A DNA stretch of 8,760 bases from an archaeon (GTDB taxonomy: Archaea > Asgardarchaeota > Thorarchaeia > Thorarchaeales > Thorarchaeaceae): contig JAJRZD010000010.1 of assembly GCA_024275415.1 (NCBI GenBank), positions 1-8,760 on the forward strand. The letters run 5' to 3'. The notes below the pieces were generated by a model. The model was given only the letters and a program-made list of their open reading frames with translations, was not told the origin of the DNA and did no database searches. Below are positions 1 to 5,952 of this stretch, piece by piece (the stretch's first letter is position 1; each line of letters opens with the position of its first letter). The position numbers and the translations under genes were made by a program.

Positions 1-305
1 ATGAACCGCCGAATCTGAGAGAACACCCTTTGCTCGTGTATCTCAGCTCCCTCCTTGATGCTGACGCTACAGCGATTACCGGCAAAACGGATGTCCTGCA
101 CATCAGATGCTTTTTGCAGGATGCCGGTTGATAGCAGATATCCTATTGTCAGTTCTCTCTCATCACCTGGACTACAGACGAACGCAGCAAGGAACCTCTC
201 ATCTAACCTGACCTCAAGCGCTGTTTCGATTGCAACAAGGTCATCTTCATCACTCGTTCCATCAGGGGAAAGTCGAGTAGTAGGCAAAGACCTGTACGGA
301 CGCAT
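1..305 (-). CDS. fdhD: Formate dehydrogenase accessory sulfurtransferase FdhD, N-terminal part (3' end runs off the window)
   Basis: Manual translation of the minus strand from ATG at 305 is open to base 1: MRPYRSLPTTRLSPDGTSDEDDLVAIETALEVRLDERFLAAFVCSPGDERELTIGYLLSTGILQKASDVQDIRF... This matches the FdhD N-terminal pattern (D-x-V-A-x-E, then S/T-P-x-D-x-x-E-L-x-x-G-[FY]-L-x-[ST]-x-G-I). Absent from the ORF track, probably because it has no stop in the window. Confidence 0.88.
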   Translation of the reverse strand, partial: MRPYRSLPTTRLSPDGTSDEDDLVAIETALEVRLDERFLAAFVCSPGDERELTIGYLLSTGILQKASDVQDIRFAGNRCSVSIKEGAEIHEQRVFSQIRRF

Positions 306-334
306 CAGAACCACATGACCTGTGGAAACAATCG

Positions 335-345
335 GGTTTTAAACC
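335..345. promoter_or_regulatory. Palindromic AT core (GGTTT-T-AAACC), candidate TATA box in the divergent fdhD / DHPS-like intergenic region
   Basis: TTTTAAA at 337-343 reads TTTAAAA on the minus strand, about 30 nt before the fdhD ATG, which is typical archaeal spacing. Use on the plus strand is speculative. Confidence 0.4.
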
Positions 346-448
346 AATTCACGAATCACGATGTTCTAGGTTTTGGGATGTTGATGACAATAGGAGGAGT
401 TTTCAATCGAATGTGTCTTGTGCTTTTGTTCTTGAATGGTGGAAACGT

Positions 449-2032
449 ATGACACAGGATAGGAGAATCCTCCTTCTCACAGGAAGAATGGCGTATAATG
501 AGCTGTCATCGATAATGCTCAATGAACCCAATGTCACTATCAAAATGCTACCTATCTCCGTTGCTGCATTCACAACACCCCACCTTGTCAGGCGACACCT
601 ACCTCAATACATCCCCGAGTGTACCCCTGATATCGTGTTTGTATCGGGCATGGCGCAGGGTGATTACTCAAGTCTAAGCGAAGAGTTTGGGATTCCTGTC
701 CTAAAAGGGACACGAGGACTCTCATCCCTACCACTATTGCTCTCGCATCTTGACGACGCCCTAGAAAATCTCTCTAGCACATCACCTGCTGATGTCATCT
801 TACAAAGAATGATACTTGCTGGTCTAAGGAAACGGATGGTTGAAACAGAACGAGATGCTGTCATCGGAACAAGGAATTTCAGGTTGTCATCTGGGCTAGT
901 GATTGGTATTGACGTACTTCCTCGGATAATGGCCGAGGTTGTTGATGCTTCTACACGACCATTTGACGCAAGCATGAAGGTTGCCAAGTATTATTCTCAG
1001 TGGGCCGATATAATCGATATTGGTGCAACAGTTTCGCGGAGAAACCCCGATCGCATAGCCGAACTGACGGAAGAGATTCGAAACCTCGGGGTTCCTGTGA
1101 GTATCGATTCTCTTGACCCCAAGGAGATTCTATCTGCAGTCGATGCAGGTGCAGAGATTGTCCTTTCGATTGATTATGGCAATGTCGATGTGCTTTCCAA
1201 GTTGCCTGAAGATGTAGCCATTGTCTGTCTGCCCACGAATATCTCGGCTGGTATGTTTTCCCATAATCCCGTAGAACGAGCCCAAAAATGTCACCGACTA
1301 TGCAATGAGATACGACAGCAGGGTTATTCAAAGATTTTAGCAGACCCTATCCTTGAAGCGCCAATCCGACCTGGCATGACTCGTTCACTTGTTGCATTCC
1401 ATCACTTCAGAAGTCTGGATCAGGACACTCCCTTCTTGGCTGGACTTGCCAATGTGACCGAGTTTGTGGACACCGACACGATTGGCGTGAACGCATTGCT
1501 TGCGTTCATGGGTGTCGAGTTAGGCATCTCTGTATTTCTGTCAACCGAAGAACGGCATCCTACCACAGGATGCATCAAAGAACTCTCTTCTGCGACCCAG
1601 CTTGCTTTCCTAGCGAAGATGGCTGACGTCCCACCAAAAGAACTTGGCATCACAGCCTTTGCTGCTAAATCAAGCAGGTATAGTGTTCAATCAGTGGTCT
1701 TGGATGATACTTACAAACGAGTGAACAATGGGCGAACCAGTTATACACCCGACCCCAAGGGCTGCTTCAGGATTGGGATTCATCGACTTAGTGGATTGAT
1801 TCTCTGCGAGCATCATGACATGAAAGGAACTATCCTGCGATTTGCCGCTGAGAGATCCTCTTTACTTGTAAGAGAGTTACTTGAAAAAGGGCTTATAGGC
1901 ACATACGAGCACGCTGCCTATCTGGGCGGGGAGCTGATGAAGGCCGAGATTGCGCTCCTCGTCGGACACGATTTTCAACAAGATGAGGCGTGGATTACAG
2001 AATTCAGTCAGAGCATCGGAGATGAACCATAG
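449..2032 (+). CDS. Dihydropteroate synthase-like protein (DUF6513 + pterin-binding TIM barrel + DUF4346; MJ0107/Orf20-type), probably methanopterin-type cofactor biosynthesis
   Basis: N-terminus RILLLTGRMA...LPISVAAFTTP (DUF6513-like); pterin-binding barrel motifs IMAEVVDA, ADIIDIG, VSIDS, ILADPIL, GLANVTEFVDTDTIGVN; C-terminal DPKGCFRI...EHAAYLGGELMKAEIAL...FQQD (DUF4346-like). Start moved from 413 to ATG 449 because GGTGG at 438-442 precedes it and the homology starts there. Confidence 0.88.
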   Translation: MTQDRRILLLTGRMAYNELSSIMLNEPNVTIKMLPISVAAFTTPHLVRRHLPQYIPECTPDIVFVSGMAQGDYSSLSEEFGIPVLKGTRGLSSLPLLLSHLDDALENLSSTSPADVILQRMILAGLRKRMVETERDAVIGTRNFRLSSGLVIGIDVLPRIMAEVVDASTRPFDASMKVAKYYSQWADIIDIGATVSRRNPDRIAELTEEIRNLGVPVSIDSLDPKEILSAVDAGAEIVLSIDYGNVDVLSKLPEDVAIVCLPTNISAGMFSHNPVERAQKCHRLCNEIRQQGYSKILADPILEAPIRPGMTRSLVAFHHFRSLDQDTPFLAGLANVTEFVDTDTIGVNALLAFMGVELGISVFLSTEERHPTTGCIKELSSATQLAFLAKMADVPPKELGITAFAAKSSRYSVQSVVLDDTYKRVNNGRTSYTPDPKGCFRIGIHRLSGLILCEHHDMKGTILRFAAERSSLLVRELLEKGLIGTYEHAAYLGGELMKAEIALLVGHDFQQDEAWITEFSQSIGDEP

Positions 2033-2279
2033 TCATTCCCACGCTCTCTGATCATTTCTCTCAGCTGTTATGCCCTCTGTCAGGCAGTTGATGACTGACC
2101 TATATACACTCATATGAATCTCTCCATTCAATGCTACCATTCCAAACAATCTTTGTTGATTGGGGAATAATCAATCTCATAGCAGGTTCGAGTTAGATAT
2201 GCCCTAGTTTCCTTTTGGAACCTTTTGATTGTTTTTCGCATGCCTTTCGAATTGACACTGGTTTCATTTCATTCATTTC

Positions 2280-2310
2280 TTGCTATAGCAAAGATACAAT
2301 AATATATTTC
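2280..2310 (+). promoter_or_regulatory. Candidate promoter of the longin gene, with a perfect 12-bp palindrome TTGCTATAGCAA upstream of an AT-rich TATA-like element
   Basis: Palindrome at 2280-2291, TAATATATTT at 2300-2309, and RBS GGTGA at 2348-2352 before ATG 2359. Confidence 0.45.
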
Positions 2311-2358
2311 AAAGTCTGAAACTCTCGATAGCATACTATGCACTCATGGTGAATTTCT

Positions 2359-3597
2359 ATGATGCTCAACATCAAAGTCGATGCAGTGCTTTTCATTCAG
2401 AGGTATTCAGGGCTCCCCCTTCTTTCTCTAAAACTCAACCCTCGAGTTCTCGACATTGACCCAGCACTGATTTCGGGATTCCTAATGGCAATTCAGGCAT
2501 TCTCCGCAGAGGTCATTGAAAAGGGCACTGAAGAGTTCCAGATCGACTATGGGAAGCGACTATTCACTGTCATAGTTGGCTCTGAAACCATGGCTGTAGC
2601 TGTGACAACCGAAGGATCTAGTGATGCTATCATTCCTGTGTTAAGAGAACTCCAAAAGGAGTTTGAAATGAACCACTACCTCGATCTAGAGATCCATGGG
2701 CCGTCAAACATATATGACGAATTCAAACTGGAGATTGCAGAACACTTCGGTCTTCAGGACATTGCCCTGTCATGGGTTCCTGTTGATAAAAAGTGCGATG
2801 ATTCGGAACTCGCAATCTCCCCAATTGCACCCTACATTGATGGCTCGTCTTCCATTTCTGATATCATCGAAGCCTCTGGCATCCCAAAGGAACAGGTTCT
2901 CAAGGAAATCTCAAAGCTATGGACTACGGGCGAAATCGACCTCAGCAATATCCTTGAGCACACGGATATTATCATTCCCACAAATGAGTTCTACAAGTAC
3001 ATCCAGACAGGCACAAAGGAACGTCCTGATTTGAAAAAGTTCTCTCCCTCATTGATATCATTGCTCCCACGACTCGTTTCATGTTTTGATGGCCGTACTA
3101 CAGTGGCGGAAATAGCCAAACAGTATGACCCACAGGTCTATGACCTACTTGACACGCTTGTTCGGATGGGTGCATTGCAAATACTCAGCCCCGAGAAGAA
3201 ACGTATCCTGTTGGCAAAAGAACTTCTGGTAAAAGTCCTCGAGATTGCATCAGGACTCTACTCCACTCAGGTTGTGCTGGAAACCCTCACCGAAGTGTTG
3301 CGTAAGACTGACTGTCCTGAAATCCTTGCCGAAGTGCATATCAAGCAAAATGAATGGAATGTGGACTTTGGATTCCTCCTCTATGACAATCATAGTCCGA
3401 ATGATATCATGAATATCCATGCTTCATGGATTGACCTGTTGACCAATCTGATCGCTTTGCTACCTTCAAACAAGAAGAAGAAATTGGCTGAACGGTTAGT
3501 CCACTCATTACAAGAGGAGTTCTTTGAAAAGTACTCGGGCAATGAACTTGAAGGATTCGAAGAGTTCTCTCTCTCACTCGAGGCAGAGTTATCATAA
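2359..3597 (+). CDS. Asgard-type longin domain + two winged-helix modules (NPRL2-like) + C-terminal helical domain
   Basis: Residues ~1-110 show the longin pattern (AVLFIQRYSGLPLL...DPALISGFLMAIQAFSAE...strand-strand-strand-helix). IAPYIDG...I..I......VL..I..L...G.I.L..IL.....IPT and FDGRTTVAEIA...LVRMGALQIL are two WH-like repeats. RBS GGTGA; double stop TAA TGA. Confidence 0.75.
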   Translation: MMLNIKVDAVLFIQRYSGLPLLSLKLNPRVLDIDPALISGFLMAIQAFSAEVIEKGTEEFQIDYGKRLFTVIVGSETMAVAVTTEGSSDAIIPVLRELQKEFEMNHYLDLEIHGPSNIYDEFKLEIAEHFGLQDIALSWVPVDKKCDDSELAISPIAPYIDGSSSISDIIEASGIPKEQVLKEISKLWTTGEIDLSNILEHTDIIIPTNEFYKYIQTGTKERPDLKKFSPSLISLLPRLVSCFDGRTTVAEIAKQYDPQVYDLLDTLVRMGALQILSPEKKRILLAKELLVKVLEIASGLYSTQVVLETLTEVLRKTDCPEILAEVHIKQNEWNVDFGFLLYDNHSPNDIMNIHASWIDLLTNLIALLPSNKKKKLAERLVHSLQEEFFEKYSGNELEGFEEFSLSLEAELS

Positions 3598-3615
3598 TGA
3601 GTTTCGGATTATGAA

Positions 3616-3632
3616 CAGAATATGTATTTAAT
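3616..3632 (+). promoter_or_regulatory. Possible BRE/TATA (CAGAA...TATTTAAT) for the ODP operon
   Basis: Purine run followed by an AT-rich box in the 87-nt spacer; RBS-like GGGTG at 3673-3677 before ATG 3685. Confidence 0.3.
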
Positions 3633-3684
3633 GAGATACTATATCAACGTCGTATAACATAATCCGCTTTTTGGGTGCAACACG

Positions 3685-4419
3685 ATGACAGCGATAGATC
3701 CTGAGAAGGCAGTAGAGGTCAAGCCCAACCTGTGGTGGATTGGTTGGCCTGACTATGATGCAGGTTTCTCGAACAATCCCTACCTATTGATTGAGGGTGA
3801 TGAGGTCGTTCTTTTCGATCCCGGATCCCGGTTTGATACACATTGGGGCTGGGTCAAGAAGAAGATCGAGTCCATCATCCCTGTTTCGAAGATCACAATG
3901 GTAGTAGTACATCATCAGGATCCCGACCTATGTGCTGCTATCCCTCTTGTAGAAGAAGAGATTGGTGTCAATAACTTTGAGATCGTGACCACCGAACGCA
4001 CCTCCCTTTTCATACCCTACTATGGTGTCAAGACCGAGGTGACGGCGGTAGATGATGGTGAGTCAATCGAAATCGGGACTGAAGGAAGAGAACTTCTTTT
4101 CATAACGAGCCCATATCTGCATTTCCCGGGCGCCATGGTGACATACGACACAAAAGAGAAGGTACTTTTCTCTTCTGACATATTTGCAGGCTTCTCGCTG
4201 GACTGGTCACTCTACGCAAACGAATACTATCTTGAGGCTATGAAAGTGTTCTCGCAACCCTATCTCTCCGACACCCGCCATGTCAAGAATTTCCTGAGGA
4301 AGATCGAAGGACTAGACATCGATATGATTTGCCCACAGCACGGATCGATTCTGCAGGGCGAAATAATACAAAAAGCAATAGACACCCTACGAGATCTGGA
4401 GGTGGGCGTATGGGAGTAG
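3685..4419 (+). CDS. Oxygen-binding di-iron protein (ODP); stand-alone flavodiiron-like metallo-beta-lactamase fold domain
   Basis: Motifs NPYLLIEGDEVVLFDPG, HHQDPDLC, PYLHFPG, YD...LFSSDIF and ICPQHG. HQDPD and PQHG distinguish ODP from the FprA/FDP HxExDH motif. At 244 aa there is no flavodoxin domain. Confidence 0.85.
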   Translation: MTAIDPEKAVEVKPNLWWIGWPDYDAGFSNNPYLLIEGDEVVLFDPGSRFDTHWGWVKKKIESIIPVSKITMVVVHHQDPDLCAAIPLVEEEIGVNNFEIVTTERTSLFIPYYGVKTEVTAVDDGESIEIGTEGRELLFITSPYLHFPGAMVTYDTKEKVLFSSDIFAGFSLDWSLYANEYYLEAMKVFSQPYLSDTRHVKNFLRKIEGLDIDMICPQHGSILQGEIIQKAIDTLRDLEVGVWE

Positions 4420-4727
4420 ATCCAGTAAAGGCAAAACAGCTCGTTGACGTCTTAGTCGCAAGAGGTTTAGGTCTCTACGGACGCAAGAAGATGGTCCAAA
4501 TCTGCTATGATAGCGGCGTTGCTCTGCTCGATGACGACTCCACTGATTGGCTTGGTGATGATATTGGGAGCGCAGTGAATGACTTCCTCGTCAATTATGC
4601 CAAGTTCAATCTTGCAGCCAAGATGACCGCAATGGTCCTTGCAAAGAAGTTCGACATCGATCTTCCAGAGGGACTGAAGAGGAAGAAAAAGCGCAAGTCT
4701 CGGCTGAGGAGATTGCTGGGCAGATAG
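4410..4727 (+). CDS. 105-aa hypothetical helical protein with a polybasic C-terminal tail, overlapping the ODP gene
   Basis: Strong RBS GGAGGTG at 4398-4404 before ATG 4410; 10-nt overlap with the ODP stop, suggesting translational coupling. Protein MGVDPVKAKQLVDVL...KRKKKRKSRLRRLLGR. The ORF-track start at 4329 is a spurious extension. Confidence 0.85.
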   Translation: MGVDPVKAKQLVDVLVARGLGLYGRKKMVQICYDSGVALLDDDSTDWLGDDIGSAVNDFLVNYAKFNLAAKMTAMVLAKKFDIDLPEGLKRKKKRKSRLRRLLGR

Positions 4728-4851
4728 TTGAAGATATTCCATGCTCCAACCACACGTTCTGACCGTTTCATCTAAGATGGCTGAAAATGCTTCAATCTCG
4801 TTCAGACATAAGTAAAAAAAACAGTTTTTAGGGATTGATAATGCATGGGTG

Positions 4852-4871
4852 GTTCCAGCACTTGCTGGAAC
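4852..4871. repeat. Near-perfect 20-bp palindrome GTTCCAGCA-CT-TGCTGGAAC
   Basis: 9-bp arms at 4852-4860 and 4863-4871 in the intergenic region about 100 nt upstream of the wHTH gene; operator or RNA hairpin. Confidence 0.7.
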
Positions 4872-4971
4872 GACAACCAATCATCTCAACGTGTTCAGCA
4901 TAGAAATCTGTTATCACATAGGATTAAGTAGTTAAAAGAGTGGATACTGTTCTACCAGCAGCAAGACGGAG

Positions 4972-5808
4972 TTGAATCAACTGAACAAAGATGCGACCCT
5001 GAACAATTTGTTCAATGCTCTTTCACACCATATCAGGCGAAAAATTATTGCCATGATTGGGATTAATGGTTCAATCTCCTATACCGAGCTGACCGCACTC
5101 AAACTAGAACCAGGAACACTCTATTTTCATATTGATGTCCTGGCAAAAGCTGACGAACCGTTAGTCGAACAGATTGAGAACAAGAGGTATGTTCTCACTG
5201 CTGCAGGGCGGTCGGCATACGAGCTTATCCAAAAAGGAGAAGATGGATTATATTGGATTGAACAAGAAAGGAATCCCTCTTCAACCACACCACTGGTTAA
5301 AGTTCTGAGCATATCGCCCGTCATACGAAGAATCCAATCCGATCCTTGGCGATTCTGGCTGGACATCCTCCTCTTTCTGGGTGCCTATGGCTATTTGTCA
5401 TATCGTGTAGGTCTCATACCGATTTTCTTGTTTTTCATAGAGGGTTCGTTCGATATCGGAATCACAGTGTTTGCGGCACTGCTTGCATGGTTGTCAACCT
5501 ATCTATTGGTCGAATTGATATCACTCCCAATCCTTGGAAAGCGAAAATTCACCCCAGCCTTTCTAATGTCTGTTCCTGTAGCGTTCCTCCCATTCGCCAT
5601 TTTGGAGCTTGCGCTGAGCTTCATCAGTGAAACTGTGGTCATAACCGGATTCCCCTTGACACTCATCCTAACCGCAGCAATTGCGTGGAGCACTTACATC
5701 CTCACCCACTCGCTGGCAAGAGCAAAGGTCGTAAGACCACTGCAAGCTGGAATAGTTACTCTTCTTGTCACCAATTTCAACTTGCTAATACTGGCTCTGC
5801 TGACCTAG
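4972..5808 (+). CDS. Membrane-anchored transcription regulator: N-terminal ArsR/HTH_20-like winged helix + about 5 TM Yip1-like domain
   Basis: LFNALSHHIRRKII...SYTEL...GTLYFHIDVL...YVLTAAGRSAYELI is a classic archaeal wHTH. The hydrophobic C-terminal half has LGKRKF...AFLPFAI and AWSTYIL...LQAGIVTLL, resembling the Yip1 pattern. TTG 4972 is the only start after the in-frame TAA at 4933. Confidence 0.75.
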   Translation: MNQLNKDATLNNLFNALSHHIRRKIIAMIGINGSISYTELTALKLEPGTLYFHIDVLAKADEPLVEQIENKRYVLTAAGRSAYELIQKGEDGLYWIEQERNPSSTTPLVKVLSISPVIRRIQSDPWRFWLDILLFLGAYGYLSYRVGLIPIFLFFIEGSFDIGITVFAALLAWLSTYLLVELISLPILGKRKFTPAFLMSVPVAFLPFAILELALSFISETVVITGFPLTLILTAAIAWSTYILTHSLARAKVVRPLQAGIVTLLVTNFNLLILALLT

Positions 5809-5904
5809 GTCTGATTTCACTCCACTCAAACATTATCCTGTCCATTTTTCGCACTCGAACTCGACTTCGAGATTAGTCGAACTCCCTTTTCCATAAACAT
5901 CGAA

Positions 5905-5920
5905 TAGAAATATTATATAC
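5905..5920 (+). promoter_or_regulatory. BRE + TATA box (AGAAA-TATTATATA) for surface protein 1
   Basis: Canonical purine-rich BRE directly followed by TTATATA at 5913-5919; RBS GGTGAT at 5944-5949 before ATG 5953. Confidence 0.7.
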
Positions 5921-5952
5921 TTATTGAATGAAATATCTACAATGGTGATCGA

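Noticed and set aside
55-318. 87-aa plus-strand ORF from the track
   Set aside because: Antisense shadow of the FdhD-like frame, Ser-rich with no motifs.
413-448. N-terminal extension of the DHPS-like gene
   Set aside because: The RBS and family homology both point to ATG 449.
664-1653. Minus-strand ORFs 664-987, 951-1331 and 1420-1653
   Set aside because: Fully inside a well-supported CDS on the opposite strand; no recognisable motifs.
2033-2270. Possible small ORFs or ncRNA in the long spacer (26-27 codon minus-strand ORFs, short dyads, CATT microrepeat)
   Set aside because: No RBS or motif support, and the stems are short enough to arise by chance; no tRNA cloverleaf or C/D box pair recognised.
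2696-3595. Alternative-frame ORFs 2696-3034 (+) and 3407-3595 (-)
   Set aside because: Overlap the longin CDS and have the composition of off-frame translations.
3685-4419. Calling this a beta-lactamase or flavodiiron NO/O2 reductase (FprA)
   Set aside because: No flavodoxin domain, and the motifs are HQDPD/PQHG rather than HxHxDH or HxExDH.
4467-4880. 137-aa minus-strand ORF
   Set aside because: Mostly antisense to the RBS-supported 4410-4727 gene; no motifs.
5127-5876. ORFs 5127-5366, 5346-5630, 5499-5693 and 5685-5876
   Set aside because: Shadows of the wHTH-membrane gene.
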